Positions 46,402 through 57,589 of a DNA stretch of 64,000 nt are shown one piece after another; position 1 is the first letter of the stretch; each line of letters opens with the position of its first letter. A program made the position numbers and the translations under genes. The DNA comes from Pseudomonas aeruginosa PAO1. Lineage in GTDB: Bacteria; Pseudomonadota; Gammaproteobacteria; Pseudomonadales; Pseudomonadaceae. The notes below the pieces were generated by a model. It ran no database searches and was not told the origin of the DNA. It worked only from the letters and a program-made list of their open reading frames with translations. The stretch is from the NCBI RefSeq assembly GCF_000006765.1, contig NC_002516.2. One strand, written 5' to 3'.

Positions 46402-47076
46402 ATGACCTGCCGCCTTCGCTGTCAATCGATGGAGGCAGGATCGCGCAGGGTTGACAGACCGGGAAACGGAACCGGCAGACCACGAGGGTCTCCCCACGCG
46501 ATCCGCCATGAAGGCCCGCAGTTGGAAAACTGCGGTCGAGCCGATGCCTGCAAAAGCATTCGCTGCTTTCGCATGCACCGCTCGGCGCATTGCGCCGTCT
46601 CTTCGGGCTGTCAAACCCGGTCACGGATTTGGCCGTGACGGGCGCAGGATAGGGGCAGGCAAGGCGGGGAGCAAGGGCGGGAACGGGTGACGGCAGAGGC
46701 TATCGGCAGGCAAGGCGTTGGCTGAAGCGATTCATGGAAATAACCCGGCGTTGGGAGCGCGCCGTTAATCATCGTTTACCAGGAGAAAACAATCCGCCTG
46801 GACTGTTCGATTCAATATTTTGTGATGCGCTTCACGCAATAAGAGTATTCCTTATGAGCCACGCAAAAGTGTCATTCGCTTCTTCGAAGAGGGCGCTGCC
46901 GAAGTTGCACGCTAGTTGGGCACGCCGCGAGGGCGGCTCGGCACTTTGGTGCATAAGGATATAACCCTTTCTTCATTTCTGATTTTCGTCAGAGTTCGTG
47001 CCGGGGCGACCGTCCGTCATTCGATATTAATTAAAAGCGTCAATAATTCGTTTAGGAATCATAGGCTTGGAAATCC

Positions 47077-47096
47077 ACCTGGCAGAACTGACAGGT
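47077..47096 (+). promoter_or_regulatory. las box upstream of aprX
   Basis: ACCTGGCAGAACTGACAGGT: CT-N12-AG with dyad ACCTG/CAGGT, close to the lasB OP1-type consensus. Confidence 0.8.
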
Positions 47097-47415
47097 CGGT
47101 ATGCCCAACCAAAGTATTGAACTGATTTAAGTGGTGGTACAAATTTGCCTTTCCCATGTTAGTCCTACTTAACAGGCGAAGCGGTGGAGAGCGCTCTGTT
47201 GCGGGCTGCTCGGGATTAAATGGGTTTCGCCCTCGGGGGCTCCTGTCTTCCAATAAAAACAAGTTGTCGCCAGGCCTGATGAACTTTCAGGTACCCGCGT
47301 TCCGTTTTCTCGCGGAACTCACTGACTGCGCTTAACCGCGTGACCGGTTCGGTCGGTAAACAGCGACCTGCGCCGGAAACGCGATAACCGAGACAACTCA
47401 ATCGAGGAACAGAAG

Positions 47416-48660
47416 ATGGGATTATTCAATGCAGCCGCGAACCTGTTCGGCCAGGTCTACGAGCGCGCGACGCAGGTGGCCGCCACCGCCGTCACGGCGG
47501 TGGCGGACGTGGCCAGGACATTGGTGGGCTCCACCGTCGACGCCGTGGAGCAGCAGGTGCACGAAGCGCTGACATCGGTGCATGACGCCGTTGCCAGCGT
47601 GGAGCAGGCGCTGGAGGGTACGGTCGGCGCGGTGGCCGGCACGCTCGGCGAGATCGCCGGCGACGCCCTCGACACCGTAGGCTCCGCGGTCGGCACGCTG
47701 GGCGGGCTGGCCGGCAACTCGCTGGCGATCGCCGACGACTTGTTGCACGGGCGCGTCGAGCCGGAGGATTACCTGAAGCTGGTCGGTGACCTGGGGCAGG
47801 GCGTCGGTGCCACCGTCGGCCATGCCTGGGAATTCGGCAGCGACAGCCTGAAGGCCGCCAACGATCTCTACCACGCCGCCTACCAGGGTGGCTCGCTAAG
47901 CCTCGGCAACAGCGACGGCCTGCTCGGGGTCAATGTGATCGGCTCGCTGCTCGGCGGCAATCACGACCAGGGCGTGATTCCCGATAGCCGCGGCATCCTC
48001 GGCCCGCTGCCGATCAACGTCTCCTTCACCGAGCAAGGCCTGACCTTCGGCGGCGAGACGCCGCTGACTCCGCTGGTCACCGCAGCCCTGGCGCTGAATC
48101 CGATCACCGCGCCGCTGGTGCCGGTGCTGGCGCCGCTCAACCTCGGCGGCCTGGGAGTGGTCGGCTCGGTCGACAAGGAAGGCTTCAGCGCCAAGTTCTA
48201 CGGTATCGCCGGACCCAGCTACAACCTCGGCGTGGCCAATCTCGGCGGCACCCTGGAGCTGGGTAGCTACAACGAGGTCAAGCTGCTGAGCTGGAACGAG
48301 GTGACCCTCAAGGACCTGCCCATCGTCGGCGGCATCCTCGGCTACGTGCCGGTGGTCAAGGACATCGGTGTCTCGCTGCCGACGCTGGACCTGCACTTCG
48401 ACAGCAAGCTGTATGCGCAAACGATTGCCGGTGTCGATGTCGCCGGGGTCGGGCCGAAGGGCCAGATCGAGCTGGTGCATGACCTCGACAATGACCTGTC
48501 GATCGTCGCCGGTATCGCCGGGGATACCGCGCACAGCGCACTGGACGGGGCCGGCAAGGTGCTCGCGGCGCTGCTCGGCCACGGCGGCGAAGCGGCGCCG
48601 CCGACAATCCAGCTGATCGGCGCCGACCCGGCGCCGGAGCATCAGGCCCTGGCCGCCTGA
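47416..48660 (+). CDS. aprX: AprX, Gly/Val/Leu-rich Apr type I secretion substrate of unknown function, 414 aa
   Basis: Immediately upstream of aprD; RBS GAGGA; no N-terminal signal peptide; C-terminal IQLIG. Confidence 0.85.
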   Translation: MGLFNAAANLFGQVYERATQVAATAVTAVADVARTLVGSTVDAVEQQVHEALTSVHDAVASVEQALEGTVGAVAGTLGEIAGDALDTVGSAVGTLGGLAGNSLAIADDLLHGRVEPEDYLKLVGDLGQGVGATVGHAWEFGSDSLKAANDLYHAAYQGGSLSLGNSDGLLGVNVIGSLLGGNHDQGVIPDSRGILGPLPINVSFTEQGLTFGGETPLTPLVTAALALNPITAPLVPVLAPLNLGGLGVVGSVDKEGFSAKFYGIAGPSYNLGVANLGGTLELGSYNEVKLLSWNEVTLKDLPIVGGILGYVPVVKDIGVSLPTLDLHFDSKLYAQTIAGVDVAGVGPKGQIELVHDLDNDLSIVAGIAGDTAHSALDGAGKVLAALLGHGGEAAPPTIQLIGADPAPEHQALAA

Positions 48661-48746
48661 CGGCGAGGGAACGCCCGGCACAGGGAGGTGCCATCCGGGC
48701 TCATTCGGGATTCCAGCGGCAGTCGTGGCAGAAGTGAGCGCGCTCG

Positions 48747-50528
48747 ATGGCAAGGCTCGGTTCCAGCGTTACCAACGAAATCAAACAGGCCCTGGCGGCC
48801 AGCCGCGGCGCATTGCGCAGCGTGGCGGCGTTCTCCGGGGTGATCAACCTGCTGATGCTGGTGCCCTCGCTGTACATGCTGCAGGTGTACGACCGCGTGC
48901 TGTCCTCGGCCAACGAAGTCACCCTGTTGATGCTGACCCTGATGGCGCTTGGCGTGTTCGTCTTCATGGGCGCGCTGGAGGCGCTGCGCAGCTTCGTCCT
49001 GGTGCGGGTCAGCGAACGCTTCGACGGCCAATTGCACGGGCGGATCTACGCCGCCGCCTTCGAACGCAACCTGCGCGCCGGCGGCCAGGAGGCCAGCCAG
49101 GCGCTGCACGACCTGACCACCCTGCGCCAGTTCATCACCGGCCAGGCGCTGTTCGCCTTCTTCGACGCACCCTGGTTCCCGGTCTACCTGCTGGTGATCT
49201 TCCTCTTCGACCCCTGGCTCGGCCTGCTCTCGCTGGTCGGCGCGCTGGCCCTGATGGCCCTCGCCTGGTTCAACGAACGCGCCACCCGTGCGCCGCTGGC
49301 CAAGGCCGGCGAGTTGTCGATCAAGTCCGGCCAACTGGCCAGCAACAACCTGCGCAACGCCGAGGTGATCGAGGCGATGGGCATGCTCGGCAGCATGCGC
49401 GGGCGCTGGGAACGGCTGCACCAGGCGTTCCTCGACCAGCAGAGCCTGGCCAGCGAGCGCGCGGCGCGGATCAACGCGCTGAGCAAATACCTGCGCATCG
49501 CCCTGCAATCCCTGGTGCTCGGCCTCGGCGCCTGGCTGGCGGTGGAGGGACGCATCACCCCGGGGATGATGATCGCCGGCTCGATCCTGATGGGACGTGC
49601 GCTGGGGCCTATCGACCAACTGATCGGCGTGTGGAAGCAGTGGGGCGCGGCGCGCGATGCCTATCGCCGGCTGAGCGGCCTGCTCGACGAATTCCCCGCC
49701 CGCGAGCGGCGCATGGAATTGCCCGAGCCGCGTGGCCACCTGCTGCTGGAATCGCTGGACGCGGCGCCGCCCGGCAGCGAGGCGCGCACCCTGCGTGGCC
49801 TGACCCTGGCGATCCCGGCCGGCTCGGTGGTCGGCGTGATCGGTCCGTCCGGCTCCGGCAAGTCGAGCCTGGCGCGGGTAGTGCTGGGCATCTGGCCGAC
49901 CCTGCACGGCAGCGTGCGCCTGGACGGCGCCGAGATCCGCCAGTACGAGCGCGAGACCCTCGGCCCGCGCATCGGCTACCTGCCGCAGGACATCGAACTG
50001 TTCGCCGGCACGGTGGCGGAAAACATCGCCCGCTTCGGCGAGGTGCAGGCCGACAAGGTGGTGGAGGCGGCGCGCCTGGCCGGGGTCCATGAACTGGTCC
50101 TGCGCCTGCCGCAGGGCTACGACACCGTGCTCGGCGTCGGCGGCGCCGGGCTTTCCGGCGGCCAGCGCCAGCGCATCGCCCTGGCCCGGGCGCTGTACGG
50201 CGCGCCGACCCTGGTGGTGCTCGACGAACCCAACTCGAACCTCGACGACAGCGGCGAGCAGGCGCTGCTGGCGGCGATCCAGGCGCTCAAGGCGCGTGGC
50301 TGCACGGTGCTGCTGATCACCCACCGGGCCGGCGTGCTGGGTTGCGCCGACCGCCTGCTGGCGCTGAACGCCGGCCAGTTGCACCTGTACGGCGAGCGCG
50401 ACCAGGTGCTCGCCGCCTTGAACAACCAGCGCGCCGCGTCGGCGTCGCAGCAGCGCGCGGACTACCGGGTGGCCGGCTACGGCGCGCCGCAGGTGGTGGC
50501 CGCGCCGCGCCAGGGAGGTGTGGAATGA
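48747..50528 (+). CDS. aprD: T1SS ABC transporter AprD, 593 aa
   Basis: LQVYDRVL, Walker [27 protein letters not shown]. Confidence 0.97.
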
Positions 50529-51823
50529 CCCGCACGGTGAAACGCGACGAGAACGCCTATGCGCGACTGGGCTGGCTGCTGGTCCTGTTCGGCTTCGGCG
50601 GCGCGCTGCTCTGGGCCGCCTTCGCGCCGCTCGACCAGGGCGTGGCGGTGCCGGCCACGGTGATCATCTCCGGCCAGCGCAAGTCGGTGCAGCATCCGCT
50701 GGGCGGGGTGGTCAAGCACATCCTAGTGCGCGACGGCCAGCATGTGGAGGCGGGCGAGCCGCTGATCCGCATGGAACCGACCCAGGCCCGGGCCAACGTC
50801 GATTCGCTGCTCAACCGGTACGCCAACGCGCGGCTCAACCAGGCGCGCCTGCAGGCCGAATACGACGGCCGGCGGACCCTGGAGATGCCCGCGGGGCTGG
50901 CCGAGCAGGCCCCGCTGCCGACCCTCGGCGAGCGCCTGGAGTTGCAGCGGCAGTTGCTGCACAGCCGCCAGACCGCGCTGGCCAACGAACTCTCCGCATT
51001 GCGGGCGAACATCGAGGGGCTGCGCGCCCAGCTCGAAGGGTTGCGCCAGACCGAGGGCAACCAGCGCCTGCAACAACGCCTGTTGAACAGCCAGTTGAGC
51101 GGTGCGCGCGACCTCGCCGAGGAAGGCTACATGCCGCGCAACCAGTTGCTCGAACAGGAGCGCCAACTGGCCGAGGTGAACGCCCGGCTATCGGAGAGCA
51201 GCGGTCGCTTCGGGCAGATCCGCCAGAGCATCGCCGAGGCGCAGATGCGCATCGCCCAACGCGAGGAGGAGTACCGCAAGGAAGTCAACGGGCAACTGGC
51301 GGAAACCCAGGTCAATGCGCGGACGCTCTGGGAGGAGCTGTCCTCGGCGCGCTACGAACTGCGCCACGCCGAGATCCGCGCGCCGGTCAGCGGCTACGTG
51401 GCCGGCTTGAAGGTGTTCACCGATGGCGGGGTGATCGGCCCCGGCGAATTGCTGATGTACATCGTGCCCAACAGCGACAGCCTGGAAGTGGAGGGCCAGC
51501 TCGCGGTGAACCTGGTCGACCGGATCCACAGCGGGCTGCCGGTGGAGATGCTGTTCACCGCCTTCAACCAGAGCAAGACCCCGCGGGTCACCGGCGAGGT
51601 GACCATGGTCAGCGCCGACCGCCTGCTCGACGAGCAGAACAAGCAGCCCTACTACGCGCTGCGCGCCCAGGTCGACGCGGCCGCGATGGGTAAGCTGAAG
51701 GGCCTGCAGATCCGCCCGGGGATGGCGGTGCAGGTGTTCGTCCGCACCGGCGAGCGCTCGCTGCTCAATTACCTGTTCAAGCCCCTGTTCGACCGCGCCC
51801 ACGTGGCGCTGGCGGAGAACTGA
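50525..51823 (+). CDS. aprE: T1SS membrane fusion protein AprE, 432 aa
   Basis: [43 protein letters not shown]; ATGA overlap with aprD. Confidence 0.96.
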
Positions 51824-51826
51824 CCG

Positions 51827-53272
51827 ATGACCATGCGCCGCCTGATGACCTGGCTGTTCGGCGCCTTCCTGTTGCTGCTGCGCGAGGACGCCTTCGCCCT
51901 CGGCCTGCTGGACGGCTATCACCTGGCCCTGGAGAACGACCCGCAGTTCCAGGCCGCGATCCAGGAGCACGAGGCCGGCAGGCAATACCGTGCGCTCGGC
52001 CGCGCGGCGCTGCTGCCGCGCCTGGTGTACAGCTACAACCGTGGGCGCAGCTGGTCCGATGTGACCCAGACCACCACCCGCGGCGATTTCAAGGAAGACC
52101 GCGACTACGACAGCTACGTCTCCACCCTCAGCCTGCAACAGCCGTTGTTCGACTACGAGGCCTTCAGCCGCTACCGCAAGGGCGTGGCCCAGGCGCTGCT
52201 GTCCGACGAGCGCTTCCGCAGCCAGAGCCAGGAACTGCTGGTCCGGGTCCTGGAAGCCTATACCGGCGCGCTGCTGGCCCAGGACCAGATCGAACTGGCG
52301 CGGGCGCAGAAACGCTCCTACCGCGAGCAGTTCCAGCTCAACCAGCGCCAGTTCGAGCGCGGCAACGGCACCCGCACCGACACCCTGGAGACCCAGGCCC
52401 GCTTCAACCTGGCCCAGGCCCAGGAAATCGAGGCGCGGGACAGCCAGGATGCCGCCCTGCGCGAACTGGAGCGGCTGGTCGGGGCGCCGCTGGAGATCGC
52501 CGACCTGGCGCCGCTCGGCGAACGCTTCCAGGTGCGCCCGCTGAGCCCCGCCAGCTACACCGCCTGGCGCGACCTGGCGCTGGCCGAGAATCCCGAGCTG
52601 GCCTCGCTGCGCCACGCGGTGGACGTGGCCCGCTACGAGGTCGAGCAGAACCGCGCCGACTTCCTGCCGCGCCTGGGCCTGTACGCCAGCACCGGCAAGT
52701 CCAAGTCCGGTTCGGAGAACACCTACAACCAGCGCTACGAGACCGACAGCGTCGGCATCCAGTTGAGCGTTCCGCTGTTCTCCGGCGGCGAGACCCTGGC
52801 GGCGACGCGCCAGGCCACGCATCGCATGGAGAAGAGCCATTACGACCTGGACGACAAGGTCCGCGAGACCCTCAACCAGGTGCGCAAGATGTACAACCAG
52901 AGCAGCAGCAGCGCGGCGAAGATCCGCGCCTACGAGATGACCGTGGATTCGGCGCGGACGCTGGTGATGGCCACGCGCAAGAGCATCGCCGCCGGGGTGC
53001 GGGTCAACCTCGACCTGCTGAACGCCGAGCAGGCGCTGTACAGCGCGATGAATGAGCTGTCCAAGGCCAAGTACGACTACCTCACGGCCTGGGCACGCCT
53101 GCGTTTCTACGCCGGGGTGCTGGACGAAGCCGACCTGGAACTGGTGGCGGCGAACTTCGTTTCCGGCGAGACGCCGGCGCGCCGCCGCGACTGCGCGACG
53201 ACGGATTGCCCGGCGCCGCTGCACACCCTGTCGAAGACCGATACGGAGGAAAACCGGAGCGCGCTCAATTGA
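51827..53272 (+). CDS. aprF: T1SS outer-membrane protein AprF (TolC family), 481 aa
   Basis: ALENDPQF, GRAALLP, LDLLNAEQ; position in the apr operon. Confidence 0.95.
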   Translation: MTMRRLMTWLFGAFLLLLREDAFALGLLDGYHLALENDPQFQAAIQEHEAGRQYRALGRAALLPRLVYSYNRGRSWSDVTQTTTRGDFKEDRDYDSYVSTLSLQQPLFDYEAFSRYRKGVAQALLSDERFRSQSQELLVRVLEAYTGALLAQDQIELARAQKRSYREQFQLNQRQFERGNGTRTDTLETQARFNLAQAQEIEARDSQDAALRELERLVGAPLEIADLAPLGERFQVRPLSPASYTAWRDLALAENPELASLRHAVDVARYEVEQNRADFLPRLGLYASTGKSKSGSENTYNQRYETDSVGIQLSVPLFSGGETLAATRQATHRMEKSHYDLDDKVRETLNQVRKMYNQSSSSAAKIRAYEMTVDSARTLVMATRKSIAAGVRVNLDLLNAEQALYSAMNELSKAKYDYLTAWARLRFYAGVLDEADLELVAANFVSGETPARRRDCATTDCPAPLHTLSKTDTEENRSALN

Positions 53273-53630
53273 GACCGCGAAGGACGTGCGGGCAATTGTT
53301 CGCCTGGCGTGAAGTCGATGTCCCGGGCGGGTCGACAGAGGTCGAACAATACGCATGGAATTGTTTTTTCAATAAGGCGCTATTTATATGAAACGGTTTT
53401 TATAATATTCCAGTGTCTTCGGTAGTTTGTCTTTCCTGCATGATTTCATATATGCGGAATTCGTTCGTGCATATGCTTTAAGTGCAGCTTAATTTTTTTC
53501 ATGAAACCTGTGGACATTGGAAAATGAGCTGTGTCAGTTTGGACTTCGGCCTGATCTGGCCGATAACTGCAATTATCCATCCGATAATTGTATCCGAGTT
53601 ATTTCCTTTACAACTTAAAGGGATATGACA

Positions 53631-55070
53631 ATGTCCAGCAATTCTCTTGCATTGAAAGGTCGTAGCGATGCGTATACCCAGGTAGACAACTTCCTGCATG
53701 CCTATGCGCGGGGCGGGGACGAATTGGTCAATGGCCATCCGTCCTATACCGTCGACCAGGCGGCGGAGCAGATCCTCCGCGAACAGGCGTCTTGGCAGAA
53801 AGCGCCGGGCGACTCGGTGCTGACCCTGTCCTATTCGTTCCTGACCAAACCGAACGACTTCTTCAATACGCCGTGGAAGTATGTCAGCGATATCTACTCG
53901 CTGGGCAAGTTCAGCGCCTTTTCCGCGCAGCAGCAGGCCCAGGCCAAGTTGTCGCTGCAATCCTGGTCGGACGTCACCAATATCCACTTCGTCGACGCCG
54001 GCCAGGGCGATCAGGGCGACCTGACCTTCGGCAACTTCAGCAGTAGTGTCGGCGGTGCGGCGTTCGCCTTCCTGCCGGATGTACCGGATGCGCTCAAGGG
54101 GCAATCCTGGTACCTGATCAACAGCAGCTACAGCGCCAACGTCAATCCGGCCAACGGCAACTACGGACGCCAGACCCTGACCCACGAGATCGGCCATACC
54201 CTGGGCCTGAGCCACCCCGGCGACTACAACGCCGGCGAGGGCGATCCCACCTACGCCGACGCTACCTACGCCGAGGACACCCGCGCCTATTCGGTGATGA
54301 GCTACTGGGAAGAGCAGAACACCGGCCAGGACTTCAAGGGCGCCTATTCCTCGGCACCGCTGCTGGACGACATCGCGGCGATCCAGAAGCTCTACGGGGC
54401 CAACCTGACCACTCGCACCGGCGACACGGTGTACGGCTTCAACTCCAACACCGAGCGCGACTTCTACAGCGCCACCTCGTCCAGTTCCAAGCTGGTGTTC
54501 TCGGTGTGGGACGCCGGCGGCAACGACACCCTGGACTTCTCCGGCTTCAGCCAGAACCAGAAGATCAACCTCAACGAGAAGGCGCTGTCCGATGTCGGCG
54601 GGTTGAAGGGCAATGTGTCGATCGCTGCCGGGGTCACCGTGGAAAACGCCATCGGCGGCTCGGGTAGCGACCTGTTGATCGGCAACGACGTGGCCAACGT
54701 GCTCAAGGGCGGCGCCGGCAACGACATCCTCTACGGCGGCCTCGGCGCGGACCAGCTGTGGGGTGGCGCGGGAGCCGACACCTTCGTCTACGGCGATATC
54801 GCCGAGTCCTCCGCGGCGGCGCCGGATACCCTGCGCGACTTCGTCAGCGGCCAGGACAAGATCGACCTGTCCGGGCTGGACGCCTTCGTCAACGGCGGGC
54901 TGGTGCTGCAATACGTCGACGCCTTCGCCGGCAAGGCCGGCCAGGCGATCCTGTCCTACGACGCGGCGAGCAAGGCCGGCAGCCTGGCGATCGACTTCAG
55001 CGGGGACGCCCATGCCGATTTCGCGATCAATCTGATCGGCCAGGCGACCCAGGCCGACATCGTCGTCTGA
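53631..55070 (+). CDS. aprA: Alkaline metalloprotease AprA (serralysin), 479 aa
   Basis: [11 protein letters not shown] Zn motif, Met-turn SVMSY, GGxGxD RTX nonapeptide repeats, C-terminal INLIGQ...DIVV. Confidence 0.98.
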
Positions 55071-55084
55071 CGCGCTGACACGGG

Positions 55085-55113
55085 CGCGGTTCGGTGCGGC
55101 GGTACGAACCGCG
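55085..55113. terminator. Stem-loop immediately after aprA
   Basis: CGCGGTTCG...CGAACCGCG 9-bp stem; no U-tract. Confidence 0.4.
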
Positions 55114-55316
55114 GCCCTTCGGCCGGCCGGGCACTGTTCGAATTGATAGGTGTCTTCCACAGGAGCGAAGTTGTGAACTGTGGCGCGCCCGTGGGCCTGC
55201 GACCCGGCGGACGAACGGAGGTCCGCGGCGCCTGGCGCGCGCTGGCGTTCGAAGCGAGGGTGGCGGGCGGCGTTCGCCGTGTTATCCGATGTTCCAGGCT
55301 TGAAGGAGATCTCTCG

Positions 55317-55712
55317 ATGTCGGCAAGCGCGAAGCTCTCCAGGATGGTTTGCTTGCTCTGCGGTTTTTTCAGCACAGGTATCAGTATGGCCAGCAGTCTG
55401 ATTCTTCTCAGCGCTTCCGATCTCGCCGGGCAATGGACCCTGCAGCAGGACGAGGCGCCCGCGATCTGCCACCTGGAGCTGCGCGACAGCGAAGTGGCGG
55501 AAGCCAGTGGCTACGACCTGGGCGGCGATACCGCCTGCCTCACGCGCTGGCTGCCCAGCGAGCCGCGCGCCTGGAGGCCTACCCCGGCCGGGATCGCGCT
55601 GCTCGAACGCGGCGGCCTGACCCTGATGCTCCTCGGTCGCCAGGGCGAGGGCGACTACCGGGTGCAGAAGGGCGACGGCGGGCAGTTGGTGCTGCGCCGC
55701 GCGACGCCCTAG
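55317..55712 (+). CDS. aprI: Alkaline protease inhibitor AprI, 131 aa
   Basis: RBS AAGGAG; signal peptide; mature SSLILLSASDLAGQW; WRPTPAGIAL. Confidence 0.95.
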   Translation: MSASAKLSRMVCLLCGFFSTGISMASSLILLSASDLAGQWTLQQDEAPAICHLELRDSEVAEASGYDLGGDTACLTRWLPSEPRAWRPTPAGIALLERGGLTLMLLGRQGEGDYRVQKGDGGQLVLRRATP

Positions 55713-55724
55713 CTCGCTTGCGGG

Positions 55725-57350
55725 TCAGACCACGAAGCGACCGATCATGCCCTTGAGGTCGTTGGCCAGGCGCGACAGCTCGTGGCTGGCGCCGCGGGTC
55801 TGCTCGGCGCCCTGGGTGGTCTGCACGGCAACGTCGCGGATGTTCACCAGGTTGTGATCGACCTCGCGGGCGACGTGGGCCTGCTCCTCGGCAGCGCTGG
55901 CGATCACCAGGGTGCGCTCGTTGATCCGCGTGGCGTGCTCGGCGATCTCGCCCAGGGCGTGGTCGGCGGCCTCGGCCTCGTCGAGCATCTGCCGGGCGCG
56001 CTGGTCGTTCTCGCGCATCGCGGACACCGCGGTGTCGGTGCCCTCGCGGACGCTGGCGATCATGCCTTCGATCTCATGGGTCGATTGCTGGGTGCGGTGG
56101 GCGAGGGCGCGCACTTCCTCGGCGACCACCGCGAATCCGCGGCCCTGCTCGCCGGCGCGGGCGGCCTCGATGGCGGCATTGAGGGCGAGGAGGTTGGTCT
56201 GCTCGGCGATGGCGCGGATCACGTCGAGCACCTTGCCGATGTCCTGCGCCTGGCTGGCCAGGCCTTCCACCAGGCGCGCGGTCTGGCCGATCTCGGCGTT
56301 CATCTGGCGGATCGAGCGGACGGTCTGTCCGACCCGTGCGCGGCCGTTGCCGGCGGCCCGTTCCGAGAGACTGGAGGCCTCGGCGGTGGAGCTGGCGTTG
56401 CGCGCGACCTCCTCGACCGCCGCGCTCATTTCGTTGACCGCGGTGGCGGCCATCTCGATCTCATCGTTCTGCCGGGCCAGCGACCGGTTGCCTTCCTCGG
56501 TCACCGCGTTCAGTTGCTCGGCAGCGGCGGCCAGCAGCGCGGCGGAATCGCCGATCTGCTCGATGGTGTCGTGCAGGCTGGCCTGCATGCTGCGCATGGC
56601 CTTCATCAGTTGCGCCGGCTCGTCGTCGCCGTCGCTGGCGATCTCGCCGGTCAGGTCGCGGGCCGCGATGCGGTCGGCGCAGGACACCGCCTGGCGGATC
56701 GGCACGACGATGCTGCGGGTCAGCAGCCAGGCGATCGTCACGCTGGCCGCCAGGGCCACCAGCAGCACCGCGAGGATCGCGGTGGAGGCCCGGGAGTAGA
56801 CATCGGCGGCTTCGGCGGTGGAGGCGCGGGCGGCCTCGCGGTCGAGGGCGATGAGTTGCTTCAGGGTCCGCTGCACCTGCTCGTAGCGCTGCAACTGGGC
56901 CCCGCCCATCAGCACGCTGGCTTCGTCGGTACGGTTGTCACGGGACAGCGCGAGCAGGGCGGCGTGTCCTTCGAGGTACTCCTGCTGGCGCTGGACGAAC
57001 TGGTCGAGCAACGCGCGCTCCTCGTCCAGGACCAGCAAGGGGCGGTATTCCCTTTCCACCCTGGCGAGGGTAGCGATGACCTCGTCCATCCGTTGTTCCT
57101 GCTGGCGCATGCGCGTGGCGTCGTGCAGCAGCACGTGGTTCATCTCGCCGAGGCGCAGTTCGCTCATCAGGCCGCTGAGCTGGGCCGAGGCTTCGACGCT
57201 GGGCAGCCAGACCTCGCCGATATCCTTGGCGGCGCGGTTCAGCGAACCCATGCGGTTGTGCGCGAAGAGGCCGAGCGCCACCAGCAGCGAGGCGAGGATG
57301 GCGAAGCCGATGACGGCGCGTGGGGTGATGGCGATACGACGAAGAAGCAT
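55725..57350 (-). CDS. Methyl-accepting chemotaxis protein (TM-4HB-TM-HAMP-MA), 541 aa
   Basis: Two TM helices around a helical periplasmic domain; IAEQTNLLALNAAIEAARAGEQGRGFAVVAEEVR. Confidence 0.95.
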   Translation of the reverse strand: MLLRRIAITPRAVIGFAILASLLVALGLFAHNRMGSLNRAAKDIGEVWLPSVEASAQLSGLMSELRLGEMNHVLLHDATRMRQQEQRMDEVIATLARVEREYRPLLVLDEERALLDQFVQRQQEYLEGHAALLALSRDNRTDEASVLMGGAQLQRYEQVQRTLKQLIALDREAARASTAEAADVYSRASTAILAVLLVALAASVTIAWLLTRSIVVPIRQAVSCADRIAARDLTGEIASDGDDEPAQLMKAMRSMQASLHDTIEQIGDSAALLAAAAEQLNAVTEEGNRSLARQNDEIEMAATAVNEMSAAVEEVARNASSTAEASSLSERAAGNGRARVGQTVRSIRQMNAEIGQTARLVEGLASQAQDIGKVLDVIRAIAEQTNLLALNAAIEAARAGEQGRGFAVVAEEVRALAHRTQQSTHEIEGMIASVREGTDTAVSAMRENDQRARQMLDEAEAADHALGEIAEHATRINERTLVIASAAEEQAHVAREVDHNLVNIRDVAVQTTQGAEQTRGASHELSRLANDLKGMIGRFVV

Positions 57351-57589
57351 GGGGTGGTCTCCGACCGGGCTGTGGGAAGGTGCTTGGTCCTGTAGCGGGG
57401 CGCGGAAGGGTTTCTTGAGGGGCTGCGGGGCTATTTGGAATTGCCTTACATGATTGCTAGGAATTTTCTGTAAGTTTTCGATGTGCTCGAGCCGGTTGTG
57501 CCGTTTTCGGCATGCTCCGGGTCGATTGAGGTCAAGAGAAGGCTGTCGCGGCAGGCCACCCTAGGGATTGGTCGAACAAGGAGAAGCCC

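Noticed and set aside
46051-47401. Small ORFs in the qslA-aprX interval (46051..46638, 46734..46964, 46916..47125, 47059..47262, 47216..47401)
   Set aside because: No convincing RBS, codon bias or motifs; they overlap qslA or regulatory sites.
53499-55472. 657-aa antisense ORF over aprA
   Set aside because: Typical reverse-strand shadow of a strongly biased gene.
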